Program-made: the position numbers and the translations under genes
The notes under the pieces: model-generated
Seen by the model: only the letters and a program-made list of their open reading frames with translations
What the model was told of the DNA's origin: nothing
Databases searched by the model: none
Part shown: in pieces, positions 20,867-32,345 of the stretch
Position numbering within the stretch: position 1 is the first letter of the stretch
Layout: every line of letters begins with the position of its first letter
Origin: Caulobacteraceae bacterium
GTDB lineage: Bacteria > Pseudomonadota > Alphaproteobacteria > Caulobacterales > Caulobacteraceae
NCBI GenBank assembly: GCA_031291685.1
Contig: JARLIP010000101.1
Coordinates: 1 to 56,310, forward strand
Reading direction: 5' to 3'
Length of the DNA: 56,310 nt

Positions 20867-21907
20867 TCAGCCCTGAACCACCGGGAACAGGTGAGCCTGC
20901 TTGATCTTGAGGGTCACCCGACCACCCTGGACCGCGCCGTTCAGGTCCTCCCGGGCGAAGCTGGCCTCGATGGGTTGGCCGCCATCCAGAACCGTCTCCA
21001 CCCGCGCGACCGGCCCGTGCAGCACGATCCGCCGCACCGTGGCCTCGAAGCCCTCGCCCGGCGCCCCGGCGACAATATCATAGGGCCGGATGTAGGCGCT
21101 GGCCGCCCCCGGGGCGACACCGGGCGCCGGGACCTGGATCGCGCCCGAACGGAACCGCCCCTGCGTCACCTCGCCCACAAGCCGGTTGGCCTCGCCGACG
21201 AAGCCGCAGACGAAGGCGCTGGCGGGATTGTCATGGACCTCCTGCGGCGCGCCCACCTGTTCGATCTGGCCCTTGTTCAGGATCGCCACCCGGTCGGCCA
21301 GCTCCAGGGCTTCCTCCTGGTCGTGGGTGACGAAGATGGTGGTCACCCCGGTGGCGTCATGGATGCGGCGCAGTTCCCGGCGCAGGGACTTGCGCACGGT
21401 GGCGTCCAGGGCGCCAAAGGGCTCGTCCAGCAGCAGAACCTGGGGCGAGACCGCCAGGGCCCGGGCCAGGGCCACACGCTGCCTCTGGCCGCCGGACAGC
21501 TGCGACGGAAAACGCCCCCCCAGCCCGTCCAGCTCCACCAGCTTGAGCAGTTCGGCCACCCGGGCCGCGATGTCCGCCTTGGACGGACGGTCGGCCGCCT
21601 TGCGCACGTCCAGGCCGAAGGCGACGTTCTTGGCCACGGTCATGTGCTTGAACAGGGCGTATTGCTGGAACACAAAGCCCACCTGCCGGGCCGCGGCGTG
21701 GGCGTAGGTCACGTCCTGGCCGCCGAACAGCACCTGGCCGGCCTCGGGGAACTCCAGCCCGGCGATCACCCGCAACAGGGTGGTCTTGCCCGAGCCGGAC
21801 GGCCCCAGGAGGGCCAGAAGCTCGCCGTCGCGGACCTCCAGGCCGATATTGTTCAGGGCGGGGTAGCGGCCGAACCGCTTGTCGACCGCGCGGATGGTGA
21901 TGGTCAT
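20867..21907 (-). CDS. cysA: Sulfate/thiosulfate ABC transporter ATP-binding protein
   Basis: [40 protein letters not shown] tail. Confidence 0.93.
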   Translation of the reverse strand: MTITIRAVDKRFGRYPALNNIGLEVRDGELLALLGPSGSGKTTLLRVIAGLEFPEAGQVLFGGQDVTYAHAAARQVGFVFQQYALFKHMTVAKNVAFGLDVRKAADRPSKADIAARVAELLKLVELDGLGGRFPSQLSGGQRQRVALARALAVSPQVLLLDEPFGALDATVRKSLRRELRRIHDATGVTTIFVTHDQEEALELADRVAILNKGQIEQVGAPQEVHDNPASAFVCGFVGEANRLVGEVTQGRFRSGAIQVPAPGVAPGAASAYIRPYDIVAGAPGEGFEATVRRIVLHGPVARVETVLDGGQPIEASFAREDLNGAVQGGRVTLKIKQAHLFPVVQG

Positions 21908-21926
21908 GGGGCGATCTGCTCTCAGT

Positions 21927-22823
21927 TCAGACGTGTCGGCCGTGGACGGACTGACCCACTTCCAGGGCCGTCTTCAGCACCAGGGTGACGATGGCCAGCA
22001 GGCACAAAAGCGCCGCCACCGCGAACGCGCCGACATAGTTGTATTCGTTGTAAAGGATCTCGACATGCAAGGGCATGGTGTCGGTCAGGCCCCGGATATG
22101 ACCGGAAACCACCGAGACCGCGCCAAACTCCCCCATGGCCCGGGCGTTGCACAGCAGCACTCCATAGAGCAGGCCCCAGCGGATATTGGGCGCCGTCACC
22201 CTCAGGAACGTCACCAGACCCGAGGCGCCCATGGAGGTCGCCGCCTCCTCCTCGTCCACGCCCTGCTCCTGCATCAGCGGGATCAACTCTCGGGCGACGA
22301 AGGGGAAGGTCACGAACATGGTCGCCAATACGATGCCCGGCAGGGCGAAGACGATCTTGATCCCATGCTCGATCAGCCACGGGCCGAACCAGCCCTGGGC
22401 GCCGAACACCAGCACATAGATCAGGCCCGCCACCACCGGCGAGACCGAGAATGGCAGGTCGATCAGTGTGATCAGGAAGGCCTTGCCGGGAAACTGGTGC
22501 TTGGCCACCGCCCAGGAGGCGCATAGGCCGAACAGGGCGTTGAACGGCACGGTGATCGCGGCCACCAGCAGGGTCAGCTTGATGGCGGAAATGGCGTCCG
22601 GGTCCTTGATCGCTTCCAGGGCCGGGCCGGTTCCCTGTTTCAGGGCCTCGGCGAACACGCAGGCCAGGGGCAAGATCAGGACCAGCACCAGGAAGCCGAC
22701 CACGGCCGACAGCACCAGGGCCTTGACCCAGGCCGGGTCCTCATTGGGCCGCGCGGCGGGACGGGCCGCGGTATATTCCGGCGCGGGCCGAGGCTTGTCC
22801 GCACTGATGAACATGGGGCTCAT
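21927..22823 (-). CDS. cysW: Sulfate ABC transporter permease CysW
   Basis: [35 protein letters not shown]; start 22823 overlaps the cysT stop (ATGA). Confidence 0.93.
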   Translation of the reverse strand: MSPMFISADKPRPAPEYTAARPAARPNEDPAWVKALVLSAVVGFLVLVLILPLACVFAEALKQGTGPALEAIKDPDAISAIKLTLLVAAITVPFNALFGLCASWAVAKHQFPGKAFLITLIDLPFSVSPVVAGLIYVLVFGAQGWFGPWLIEHGIKIVFALPGIVLATMFVTFPFVARELIPLMQEQGVDEEEAATSMGASGLVTFLRVTAPNIRWGLLYGVLLCNARAMGEFGAVSVVSGHIRGLTDTMPLHVEILYNEYNYVGAFAVAALLCLLAIVTLVLKTALEVGQSVHGRHV

Positions 22824-23686
22824 GAATAGCGCCTCGCCCAGGCCTGGATGGCGTTGATCACGAACAGCAGCAGGAACGAGGCCGCCAGCATCACCACGGC
22901 GATGGCCGCGGCCTCGCGATATTGAAACTGCTCCAGCTGGATGACGATCAGCAGGGGCGCGATCTCGGACTTGAAGGGCATGTTGCCGGCGATGAAGATC
23001 ACCGAGCCGTATTCCCCCACCCCACGGGCGAAGGCCAGGGCGAAGCCGGTCAGCCAGGCCGGGACCAGAGCCGGCAGGATCACCCGCCCCAGGATCTGCA
23101 CCCGCCGCGCGCCCAGGCTGGCGGCGGCCTCCTCCACGTCCATGGCCAGGTCCCGCACCACGGGCTCCAGGGTGCGCACCACGAAGGGCAGGCCGATGAA
23201 GGTCAGGGCGATCACCACCCCGACCGGCGTATAGGCGACCTTGATCCCCGCATGGGCCAGCGCCGCCCCCACCCAACCCTTGCTGGAATAAAGGGTGGCC
23301 AGCGCGATCCCCGCCACCGCCGTCGGCAGGGCGAAGGGCAGGTCGATCAGGGCGTTGAGCAGGGTCTTGCCGGGAAACCGATAGCGCACGATGGCCCAGA
23401 CCGTGGCCAGGCCGAACACCCCATTGACCCCGGCGGCGATCAGAGCCGCGCCGAAGGACAGACGATAGGCGTTCAGAGCCCGCTGGGAAAACCCGGCCGC
23501 CAGGAAGTCACTCCAGCCCAGACCCGCGGCCTTGAAGGCCACCGCCGACAGGGGCGCCAGCACCACCAGGGACAGGATGGTCAGGGTCAGGCCCATGGTC
23601 AGGCCAAAGCCCGGAATCGCCGAGCGCCGGCGCAGCAAGGGCCGGCGCGGGCCCGCCACCGCAGGCAGGACGGACTGAACGCTCAT
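22820..23686 (-). CDS. cysT: Sulfate ABC transporter permease CysT
   Basis: [32 protein letters not shown]. Confidence 0.93.
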   Translation of the reverse strand: MSVQSVLPAVAGPRRPLLRRRSAIPGFGLTMGLTLTILSLVVLAPLSAVAFKAAGLGWSDFLAAGFSQRALNAYRLSFGAALIAAGVNGVFGLATVWAIVRYRFPGKTLLNALIDLPFALPTAVAGIALATLYSSKGWVGAALAHAGIKVAYTPVGVVIALTFIGLPFVVRTLEPVVRDLAMDVEEAAASLGARRVQILGRVILPALVPAWLTGFALAFARGVGEYGSVIFIAGNMPFKSEIAPLLIVIQLEQFQYREAAAIAVVMLAASFLLLFVINAIQAWARRYS

Positions 23687-23745
23687 GGGCGCGCCCTGCG
23701 ACGGCGCGACTCCAGGGCGTGATCCAGCGGATTGATCAACGACAT
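23683..23745 (-). CDS. Putative 20-aa leader peptide [20 protein letters not shown] coupled to cysT
   Basis: ATG at 23745 preceded by GGAAG; its TGA overlaps the cysT ATG (ATGA). Confidence 0.35.
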   Translation of the reverse strand: MSLINPLDHALESRRRRARP

Positions 23746-23779
23746 GAAACAGCTTCCAAGGGGAAGCTCGGCGATATGA

Positions 23780-23796
23780 TCTATCGGTGGGATAGA
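23780..23796. promoter_or_regulatory. Palindrome TCTATC-N5-GATAGA upstream of the cys operon; putative operator
   Basis: Perfect 6-bp arms in the AT-richer promoter region. Confidence 0.45.
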
Positions 23797-23859
23797 CAAT
23801 CGAGAAAATCTGGCCCGCCCCACGCGAAATCTCGCAGTATGGCCAAGGCTGTTGTCAGG

Positions 23860-25449
23860 TCACGTCCGCGGCGCCGGTCCGCGCATCAGGGGCCGCAGGG
23901 CCTCGGCCAGGACCGCCGCCGGCGGATCGGCGTCGATCACTTGCCAGACCGCCCCAAGATTGCCCGGCTCGCTCTGGGCCAGGGCGACCTGAACAGTGGC
24001 GTCCGAGGCGTCGTTCCGGCGGCCGGAAACCCGGGCGAGCCGCGTATCGATCAAGGCGCGCAGCCATAGCCCCGTGAAGGGATGTCCCGCCGCGGCGCCT
24101 TCGATGCTGTCCCGGGCGTGGCCCTCGCGAAAGGTGCCGTCGGCGATCACCGAAGCGCCCGCGCCCAAGGCCTCCCGGGCCTTCAGGGCTAGTTCCCGAT
24201 AGATCGAGGCGCGGGACGCCGGTTCATAGGCCGCCCCTCCCAGCCGGGTTGTGGCCTCCACGCCAGCCAGAGCCTTGCGGATCACATCCGAGCGCAGCAG
24301 GCGCCCACCGCAGGGGCCCGGCAGATCCGGCGCCAGGGCCTGGGCCAGGGTCGATTTCCCCGTGCCCGACAGGCCGCCCACGGCCACCAGCCGGCCCGGC
24401 GCGCGCTTCAGCAACTCAAGGCCCAGGGCGCGATAACGCGCCGCTTCCTCCAGGCTCCCCGCCTCCACGGCGACCGCCATCCGCACCGCCGCGCGCAAGG
24501 CCGTGAACAGCGGCAGCAGCGCCAAGGCCTCTTCCGGCTGACGTGAGGCGTCCCAATAGCGATTCATGGCCAGGTTGGCGTAGGCGTTCAGCCCCCGCGC
24601 CCGCAGGTCCATGAACAGGAAGGCCATGTCATAGATCACGTCCGCCGTGGCCAGGGCCGGATCAAATTCCAGGGCGTCAAACGGGGTCACCTTGCCCTTG
24701 AACAGGCAGATATTGCGCAGGTGCAGATCCCCGTGGCCCCGCCGCACCCAGCCGGCCTTGCGCCGAACCTCGATCAGGGGCGCCGCCCGGGTCAACTCCC
24801 GCTCCAGGCCGCCGAACAGGGCTTCCGAGTCTGCTTCCAGCCCCAGGGCCGCCGCGCCCTGCGCCTCCGTGCGCCTCAGTCCCTGGATGATCCGCTCATA
24901 GTCGGCCGCGTGGCCCCCAAGCGCCTCGGGCGGCAGGGCGCCGTGAAAGCTGGCGACCACGTCGGCGATCTGGGTGACCAGATCCGGTGTCAGTCCGCCA
25001 TCCTCGGCGATCTCTTCGACCAGGGCTCCGTCGGCGAAGCGATGCATGATCACCACCCAGTCGAGAATTTCCCCCTCGCCCGAAACTTCGCCCTGAATTC
25101 GAATGGCGCCGTCCGCATCCCGGATGACGGGCGAAACCCTCTCATAGAGGTCTCCAGCCATGATCGCATTGACCGCCAACTCCGCCTCGCAGGCCTGGCG
25201 CCGCGCCTCGATCGACGACATGTCCGCAAAGGGATGACGCCGGCTGCGCAGCAGCTTGAAGACCCGGTCGCGGCCCAGAAACAGGCGTGACATGTGGGTG
25301 TCGATGCGTTTCAAGGGCTGGCCGGAGCCCAAGGCCGATCCGTCGGCGAGAGCCTCAACGATGAAAGCCTGGCCGGCCTCTTCCGCCAGATGCGCAGAAC
25401 CGCTCACGCCGATCGCGCCCTCGTCCGGTCGTGTCGTCGCATCGATCAT
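23860..25449 (-). CDS. Bifunctional APH-like kinase / AAA_33 P-loop protein
   Basis: IDTHMS, GHGDLHLRNI, FDALEFD, GGLSGTGKS, RSDVIRK, DASDA. Confidence 0.88.
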   Translation of the reverse strand: MIDATTRPDEGAIGVSGSAHLAEEAGQAFIVEALADGSALGSGQPLKRIDTHMSRLFLGRDRVFKLLRSRRHPFADMSSIEARRQACEAELAVNAIMAGDLYERVSPVIRDADGAIRIQGEVSGEGEILDWVVIMHRFADGALVEEIAEDGGLTPDLVTQIADVVASFHGALPPEALGGHAADYERIIQGLRRTEAQGAAALGLEADSEALFGGLERELTRAAPLIEVRRKAGWVRRGHGDLHLRNICLFKGKVTPFDALEFDPALATADVIYDMAFLFMDLRARGLNAYANLAMNRYWDASRQPEEALALLPLFTALRAAVRMAVAVEAGSLEEAARYRALGLELLKRAPGRLVAVGGLSGTGKSTLAQALAPDLPGPCGGRLLRSDVIRKALAGVEATTRLGGAAYEPASRASIYRELALKAREALGAGASVIADGTFREGHARDSIEGAAAGHPFTGLWLRALIDTRLARVSGRRNDASDATVQVALAQSEPGNLGAVWQVIDADPPAAVLAEALRPLMRGPAPRT

Positions 25450-25535
25450 GCCGGCTCTCCGCCGTTCGCCATCACCCTGATGACATGAACGCGGAAAGCC
25501 GAACTTGCGACAGATCAAGAAGGATCAGCAGCCGA

Positions 25536-27119
25536 TCAAAATTCCGTCCACCCCTCGCCACCACGCGCGCCGCCCCCGACCGCCGCACGCAGGGCGGGTT
25601 TGCGGGCGGTGACCGAAGCTGGCGCCGTCCGCGCCGAGGGCCGGCTCTGGCCCGTCGCTCCGCTGAGCTTGAAAGCGCTGATCAGGGCCGCAAGGGCCGC
25701 CGTCTCCTGCTTCAGCGAATGGGCCGCGGCCGTCGACTGCTCGACCATGGCGGCGTTTTGCTGCACCACCTGATCCATCTGGTTGACTGCGGTATTGACC
25801 TCGTTCAGCCCTGTGGACTGCTCATGGGCGGAGGCGGCGATCTGCGTGACCAGGGCGTCGATCTCCGAGACCTTGCCGATAATCGAGTTGAGGGCCTCGC
25901 CGGTTTTTCCCACTAATTCCACGCCCTCGCCCACCTGCCTTGAGGAGGCGGATATGAGGGTCTTGATCTCCTTGGCCGCTTCGGCCGAACGCTGGGCCAG
26001 GGCCCGCACCTCCTGGGCGACCACGGCGAACCCGCGACCCGCCTCACCGGCCCGGGCGGCTTCCACCCCGGCGTTGAGGGCCAAAAGATTGGTCTGGAAG
26101 GCGATCTCGTCGATCACCCCGATAATCTGGCCGATCTGCCCGGAGGAGTTTTCGATCTCGCTCATGGCCGACACCGCCCGGGCGACCACCTCGCCGGAGT
26201 CCCGGGCCACGCCCTTGGCGGCGTTGACCGCGTCATTGGCCTGTTTGGCGCCGTCGGCGGTCTTTTTCACCGTGGCGGTGATCTGGTCCAGGGCCGCGGC
26301 GGTCTCTTCCAGACTGGCCGCCTGATGTTCAGTGCGCCGGGCCAGGTCGTCCGAGGCGCCGGCGATCTCGTCGGCGCCGACGTCGATCTGATCGGCATTA
26401 CCCTGAACCCGCGCCAAGGTGTCCGACAGGCGCTCCAGGGCGGCGTTGAAGTCGTCGCGCAGCTGATAATAGTCCTGCGGCAGCTCATCGCCGATCCTGT
26501 GGGTCAGGTCTCCGTCCGCCAGGGCCCCCAGAGCCCGGCTCACCGCGCTCAGCACCGCCTCGTTGGTGGCCTTGGCGCGGTCCTCGACCTTACGCCGGGC
26601 CGCCTCGGAGGCTTCCAGATAGACCGAGATCGCCAGATCCATGTCCAGCAGGGTGGCCTTGACCAAGCAGCCCAGCTCCGCCGCGACCGTCTTGACCGGC
26701 GGCCCCTTGGCGCCGAACCCGCCGGTGGGCCAGCGCGCCGCGAGAACCGCGCTCACCAAGGTCTCCAGCACCAGGGCGTAGCCCCCGATATACCAGCGCG
26801 GCTCCAACCCGATGCGCGCATGGGTCTCGCCGACCGTGGTCACCGCCTTCAGATAGTTCTGATCGAACCGACCGCTGGAGATGGCGTCCCAGTGAGCCAG
26901 CTGCCGCGTCTTGGCGCTCGCGACCAGCGACGTCTCTTTGAAGAAGGCTCTCGTTTCCGGAAACGCCTGAACCTGCTGATAAAAATCGTCGAGAGCCCCC
27001 GGCAGACTCTTCATCACAACAGATTTGACAGACTGAATATTAGAGATGGATACAGCATCCACCTTCATAAAGGCCAGACGCTCGGAAAGAGACTCATTTT
27101 TTGACACACCACTCTCCAT
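25536..27119 (-). CDS. Globin-coupled sensor methyl-accepting chemotaxis protein (HemAT-like)
   Basis: Protoglobin domain ([21 protein letters not shown]), HAMP, MCP signalling domain ([20 protein letters not shown]); ends WTEF. Confidence 0.92.
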   Translation of the reverse strand: MESGVSKNESLSERLAFMKVDAVSISNIQSVKSVVMKSLPGALDDFYQQVQAFPETRAFFKETSLVASAKTRQLAHWDAISSGRFDQNYLKAVTTVGETHARIGLEPRWYIGGYALVLETLVSAVLAARWPTGGFGAKGPPVKTVAAELGCLVKATLLDMDLAISVYLEASEAARRKVEDRAKATNEAVLSAVSRALGALADGDLTHRIGDELPQDYYQLRDDFNAALERLSDTLARVQGNADQIDVGADEIAGASDDLARRTEHQAASLEETAAALDQITATVKKTADGAKQANDAVNAAKGVARDSGEVVARAVSAMSEIENSSGQIGQIIGVIDEIAFQTNLLALNAGVEAARAGEAGRGFAVVAQEVRALAQRSAEAAKEIKTLISASSRQVGEGVELVGKTGEALNSIIGKVSEIDALVTQIAASAHEQSTGLNEVNTAVNQMDQVVQQNAAMVEQSTAAAHSLKQETAALAALISAFKLSGATGQSRPSARTAPASVTARKPALRAAVGGGARGGEGWTEF

Positions 27120-27612
27120 GCCGAGCAACTGAACTATACAATCGAAACACCGGGATAACGACGACGAATTGCGCGCATCACATCATAAGGTGAACGCCAT
27201 TATATTTATATATACACATGATCACCGAATATAGTTATTCACATCAACCTGACCACGATCAAATATCGAGGTTAATTTGGCATAAATATTACCACCGGTA
27301 CATGTCATGCGCGCAATTGTCGCGGCCACATTCGGCTATTGACCGCATGGAGAATAATCCGCGGAAAGACTGACGGCGCTATCGGCGCCGCCATCCCCCA
27401 TGGAGGGCACGGCCCCAATTGGAAAGGGCAAGCCGCTACGGACCTTCAGAAGACATCCCGCACATTGGACTGAAAATTCGTCCCGACGCGGATCACCACC
27501 AAGACGAGGCGATGACGCGCAAACGGGCGTGATCGCCAATCTCGACGGCCGCCGGCTCGAGCGAATAGCGGGCCCCGCCGACCGCCACGCCGTACAGTTC
27601 TATGGAAGGCCC

Positions 27613-29106
27613 TCAGGCCGCCGCGCGACGCGCGATTCGCCCGCCGACCTCGATTGAGGCGCTGATCTTGAAAGCGCCGATCAGAGCCGCGAGTTCGCCG
27701 GTCTCGGCGCGCAGGGAATGGGCCGCGGCGGTGGATTGCTCGACCATGGCCGCGTTCTGCTGAACCACCTGGTCCATCTGGTTGACCGCGATATTGACCT
27801 CGCTGAGGCCGATGGACTGCTGTTCGGCGGAGGCCGAGATCTGGGCCACCAGGGCGTCGATCTCCACCACCATGTCCATGATTGATTTCAGGGCAGCCCC
27901 GGTCTTGCCGACAAAGGCCACACCCTGCTCAACCTGTTTCGAGGAAGCCGAGATCAGGCTCTTGATTTCCCTGGCCGCATCGGCGGAGCGCTGAGCCAGG
28001 GCGCGAACTTCCTGAGCCACCACCGCGAACCCACGCCCGGCGTCGCCAGCGCGGGCGGCCTCCACCCCAGCGTTCAGGGCCAGAAGATTGGTCTGGAAGG
28101 CGATCTCATCGATCACCCCGATGATGTTGCCGATTTCCTTGGAGGAGGTCTCGATCTGTCCCATGGCGGCCACCGCCTGGGAGACGACCTCGCCCGCATC
28201 CCGCGCCACACCCCGGGCCGCGGCGACCGCGTCGTTCGCCTGTCGCGCGCCGGTCGCCGTGGCCTTCACCGTGGCGTTGATCTGGTCCAGGGCGGCCGCG
28301 GTCTCCTCAAGGCTGGCGGCTTGATGCTCGGTGCGGCGGGACAGGTCGTCCGACGCCCCGGCGATCTCGTCGGCGTTGCGATCGATCTGCTCCACACTGC
28401 CACGGACCTGACCCAGGGCCTGAGCCAACCCCTCCAAGGCCGAATTGAAATCGCTCCGCAGCCGGGCATAGTCCTCAGGCAAGGTGTCGCCGATACGATA
28501 GGTCAGGTCTCCCGCCGCCAGGGCGCCGAGAGCCTCCCCGACCGCGCTCAGCACCGCGGCGTTGGTCGCCTTGGCCCGATCCTCAACCGCCCGGCGAGCG
28601 GCTTCGGAGGCTTCCAGATAGACCGAGATGGCCAAGTCCATATCCAAGAGCGTCGCCTTGACCAGGGCGCTGAGTTCGGCCGCCACGGGTTCGGCCGGCG
28701 CCCCCTTGCGCCCGAAACCGCCCTTGGGCCAGCGGGCCTTGAGCACCGCGGTCACCAGGGCTTCCAGCACCAGGGCGTAGCCGCCGATATACCAGCGCGG
28801 CTCCAGCCCGATGCGGGCATGGGTCTCACCCACCCGAGTCACCGCCTGCAGGTAGTTCGCGTCGAACTGGCCGCTGGAGATAGAGTCCCAATGTGTCAGC
28901 TGCCGGCTCTTGGCGCCCGCCAGACGGGCCGGATCGGGGAAGAAGGCGCTGGTTTCCGGAAAGGCCCGCACCTGGTCGTAGAAACGATCGAGAGCAGCGG
29001 GAAGATGCGCCATCACTAACGACTTGGCCCCGCGGATCTGGTCCTGCTCGACGGCGCCCAGCTTCATGAAAGCCAAACGACCGGCCAGCGAACTTCCTTG
29101 CGACAT
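27613..29106 (-). CDS. Second globin-coupled sensor MCP (tandem paralogue)
   Basis: Same architecture with long identical stretches; lacks the terminal WxxF pentapeptide. Confidence 0.92.
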   Translation of the reverse strand: MSQGSSLAGRLAFMKLGAVEQDQIRGAKSLVMAHLPAALDRFYDQVRAFPETSAFFPDPARLAGAKSRQLTHWDSISSGQFDANYLQAVTRVGETHARIGLEPRWYIGGYALVLEALVTAVLKARWPKGGFGRKGAPAEPVAAELSALVKATLLDMDLAISVYLEASEAARRAVEDRAKATNAAVLSAVGEALGALAAGDLTYRIGDTLPEDYARLRSDFNSALEGLAQALGQVRGSVEQIDRNADEIAGASDDLSRRTEHQAASLEETAAALDQINATVKATATGARQANDAVAAARGVARDAGEVVSQAVAAMGQIETSSKEIGNIIGVIDEIAFQTNLLALNAGVEAARAGDAGRGFAVVAQEVRALAQRSADAAREIKSLISASSKQVEQGVAFVGKTGAALKSIMDMVVEIDALVAQISASAEQQSIGLSEVNIAVNQMDQVVQQNAAMVEQSTAAAHSLRAETGELAALIGAFKISASIEVGGRIARRAAA

Positions 29107-29463
29107 GCCCCGAACCCGATCCTATCTACGTAAATCCAAGCCAAGCCACACAAGGTGTCGGCCGCCAAAAAGCGCTCAACTCAACTGACGCCTGAAAACA
29201 TAGTTATGCAGGATGGCCGTCGCCGAGTGTCGAACGCCTTCCTAGGTTTGGATTTGCGCATGAAGTGTTAATCGCCGCCGCAAAATCTCAATCTTGAATA
29301 CTACCCATACGCGCATGTGGGGAATTGCCGCGGGCGCCTGTGCGGAGAGTTGTAGATTGAGCAGATATTGGCGCCATCACCCGCGCCAACCTGATTTGCC
29401 TCAAAGCGCGCCTGGGCGCACGGTGCTGGCCTGATCCGCGAGAGATTGAGATGTGGGAGGCGG

Positions 29464-31005
29464 ATGCAAACCGAAGTTCTGATCGTCGGCGCGGGTCCCA
29501 GCGGCTTGGTGCTCGCTCTGTGGCTGACCAGGCTGGGAGTGCGTGTGCGCATCATCGACCGCGCCCCGCAATCAGGCATGGCCTCCCGCGCCTTCGCCCT
29601 CCAGGCCCGAACCCTGGAGCTCTACGACCAGATGGGCCTGGCCCAGGACGCGCTGGCCCGGGGCGCCCCGGTTACGAGCTTCGGTGTCCACCGCCGGGGC
29701 AAACCTCCCCTCCGGGCGCCGTTTGGCGACTTCGGCCGAGGTCTCAGCCCCTTTCCTTTCGTCCTGATCCTGCTTCAGGACGACCATGAGAAACTGTTGA
29801 TCGCCCATCTGGCCCAGACCGGGGTCCAGGTTGAGCGTGGCGTCGAACTGGTGGACCTGGAGGATTTGGGCGACCGCGTAAGCGGCAGGCTCAAGGGCCC
29901 GGGAAACGCCGACACGACCTGCGAGGCGGACTTTGTCTGCGGCTGCGATGGCGCGGCCTCGGTGGTGCGCGAGCTGATGCATATCAGTTTTCCCGGCGGC
30001 GCCTCCGAGGAGATCTTCTATGTCGCCAATATCGAGGCCACGGGGGCCCTGGTCGATGGCGGACTGCACTATCTGATGGCCGGCGACGACGTCTGCAGCG
30101 TCTTTCCCCTCAAGGGCAAGGGCCGCGTGCGCCTGATCGGCCTGGTGCCGAAATCGGTGCGCAGCAATCAGGTCCAGTTCGATTTCGACGACGTCATCGC
30201 CCCGTTCCAGCGAGCTTCCGACCTGGAGGTGACCTTGGTCGAATCCTTCACCAGCTACCGCGTCCACCGGCGTATCGCCGACCAGTGGCGCAAGGGCCGC
30301 GTCTTCCTGCTGGGGGACGCCAGCCATGTGCACAGCCCCGCCGGCGGCCAGGGCCTGAACGCCGGCATCGGCGATGCGGTCAACCTCGCCTGGAAGCTGG
30401 GGGCGGTGCTCAAGGGCGCGGCGTCGGCCAATCTGCTCGACACCTATCAGGACGAGCGCATCCGCGCCGCCCGCCAGATCGCCGCCACCACCGAACGCGG
30501 CTTCGTGCTTCAGGCCCGCCGGGGTCGGCTGATGGGCTGGGTGCGCGAGCGCCTGATCAGCCTGGCGCCGCGCCTGTTGAGCTTGCGCCCGTTCCGACGC
30601 ATGGCCTTTCGCACCATCGCCCAACTGGCCGTCCACTATCGCGGGGCCGAGGCCTGCCGCGGCAGGGCCGGAGCGATCGCGGGCGGCGATCGCCTGCCCT
30701 GGGCCCAGATCGAAGGCGACGCCAGCAACCACGCCGCCCTCAGGGACATGGCCTGGCAGGTCCAAATCTTCGGCGAGGCCTCGGCGCCATTGAGCGCGGC
30801 CTGCGCCCGATGGAATCTGCCGCTGAGGGTATTCGACTGGACCGCCAAGGCCCGCAAGGCCGGCTTTACCCGGGACGCCGCCTATCTGGTGCGCCCGGAC
30901 GGCTATGTCGCCCTGGCCTCCCCGGCTCAGAACCCAGCGGCGATCCAGGCCTTGCTGGATCGCTACGGAATCCTGACGCCGCGACCGACGCCTGGCGAGA
31001 TGTAA
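29464..31005 (+). CDS. FAD-dependent monooxygenase (FAD_binding_3 family)
   Basis: IVGAGPSG, CGCDGA, GDASHVHSPAGGQGLN, LVRPDGYV; RBS GGAGG. Confidence 0.9.
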   Translation: MQTEVLIVGAGPSGLVLALWLTRLGVRVRIIDRAPQSGMASRAFALQARTLELYDQMGLAQDALARGAPVTSFGVHRRGKPPLRAPFGDFGRGLSPFPFVLILLQDDHEKLLIAHLAQTGVQVERGVELVDLEDLGDRVSGRLKGPGNADTTCEADFVCGCDGAASVVRELMHISFPGGASEEIFYVANIEATGALVDGGLHYLMAGDDVCSVFPLKGKGRVRLIGLVPKSVRSNQVQFDFDDVIAPFQRASDLEVTLVESFTSYRVHRRIADQWRKGRVFLLGDASHVHSPAGGQGLNAGIGDAVNLAWKLGAVLKGAASANLLDTYQDERIRAARQIAATTERGFVLQARRGRLMGWVRERLISLAPRLLSLRPFRRMAFRTIAQLAVHYRGAEACRGRAGAIAGGDRLPWAQIEGDASNHAALRDMAWQVQIFGEASAPLSAACARWNLPLRVFDWTAKARKAGFTRDAAYLVRPDGYVALASPAQNPAAIQALLDRYGILTPRPTPGEM

Positions 31006-31009
31006 ATCC

Positions 31010-31450
31010 CTACTGCGCGCTCGCCGCCCGCTCCCAGGTCTGGGTCTTGCAGAACGGCGCCACGATGCAACCGGTCAGGTGTAGTTCGCTGGCGTTTCTC
31101 AACTCCATGACGCCCTTATAGGTGCCGCCGTCGTTGGGGTTATAGACCCACCCGTCGCCCCAGCGGTTGGGGCCGATGGCCTTGACCTTCAGGATCAGCA
31201 AGTCCTTGACCGGCCGATCACGCTGGGTGGCGTCCCTGTTGCGCTCGTCCTTCTGGTCCGGGTGGGCGCGCAGCCGCGCCGAGGTCACCACCCGCCCGCA
31301 CAGGGCGTCGCCGCAGGTCTCGATTCGCACGAAAGACCCGCCAGCCTCGGGCGTCTTCCACAAGCCCACCGGCCCGTCGTTCCCCGCCGAAGCCGAACCC
31401 GCCGCCCCAAGAGCCAAAAGCCCAGTAATCACAAACGCCCTAATGCTCAC
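31010..31450 (-). CDS. DUF2147 family secreted protein
   Basis: Signal peptide, GLWKT, CGDALCG, GWVYNP.DGGTY, GCIVAPFCKTQTW. Confidence 0.85.
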   Translation of the reverse strand: MSIRAFVITGLLALGAAGSASAGNDGPVGLWKTPEAGGSFVRIETCGDALCGRVVTSARLRAHPDQKDERNRDATQRDRPVKDLLILKVKAIGPNRWGDGWVYNPNDGGTYKGVMELRNASELHLTGCIVAPFCKTQTWERAASAQ

Positions 31451-32304
31451 GCAACGACTCCTACCTCGTAATGCCGCGACAGTTCCTGCTCAGCCTTTGT
31501 CACCAGGCCGCGGTCGTCATGGGACCAAGGATGAAAGCCCGGGCGGAAATAGGCAAGATAGCTGCCGAACACTTGGCGCAGCATTCCCGGCCGAACCAAC
31601 ATGAATTTCATCAGCCGAAGCCAGGACGCCGGCCGGTTGATGCCGTCGGTCTTGAAGCTGTCGGCGATGTTGCTCCCCACCGTGGACATCAGCAGGCCCG
31701 TGGCCAGGACCATCACCGAGGACCGCAGCAGCCAACGCCGCAGCCCTGACATTGATCGTGTGGCGGTGATGAAGGTGTCATAGGCCACCGCCTTGTGTTC
31801 AATCTCCTCAATGGCGTGCCAGCGCCACATGGCCTTGGCCTCGGCGGGCGCGCCCTCCATGTGCCTGGGATCGGCCAGCAGGGCGTGGGCCAGGATGGCG
31901 GTGAAATGCTCCAAGGCCACCGTCGCCCCCAGCTGGTCAATGCCGCGCCGGGTGCGGGCGTAGTCCAGCCGTGTCTTGGTCCGCGCCTCCATGGCCGCCA
32001 TGTCATAGCCGTGGTCGGCGGCCTGTTTATTGAAGAACAGATGCTCGCGGGTATGCATCGCCTCCTGCGTCACGAAGGCGGTGATCTGGGCCTGAAGGGT
32101 CGGGGAGCCGATGTCCCGATAGCGCTTCACGCTGTCCATGAAGAAGCGCTCCCCGTGGGGGAAGGTGGCGGAGAGGGCGTTGTAGAACGCCGTGCCCACC
32201 GGATCCCCACCCAGCCACCAGCGGCCATGATGGGTCTCGCGGCTGAAAGCCAGGTCACGGGGATGGATCGTCAGATCATCCGGGGTTTGGGAATAGGACG
32301 TCAT
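31447..32304 (-). CDS. Predicted metal-dependent hydrolase
   Basis: FP.GERFF, QEAMHTREH, LEHFTA, WHAIEEIEHKAVAYD, PGFHPW. Confidence 0.88.
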   Translation of the reverse strand: MTSYSQTPDDLTIHPRDLAFSRETHHGRWWLGGDPVGTAFYNALSATFPHGERFFMDSVKRYRDIGSPTLQAQITAFVTQEAMHTREHLFFNKQAADHGYDMAAMEARTKTRLDYARTRRGIDQLGATVALEHFTAILAHALLADPRHMEGAPAEAKAMWRWHAIEEIEHKAVAYDTFITATRSMSGLRRWLLRSSVMVLATGLLMSTVGSNIADSFKTDGINRPASWLRLMKFMLVRPGMLRQVFGSYLAYFRPGFHPWSHDDRGLVTKAEQELSRHYEVGVVA

Positions 32305-32345
32305 AGGAGGGTCTCCGTGGGGGCGCTTCGGGGAGGAAGGCGCGC

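Noticed and set aside
27336-27610. Small ORFs or a riboswitch between the two chemoreceptor genes
   Set aside because: No RBS, motifs or convincing conserved RNA blocks.
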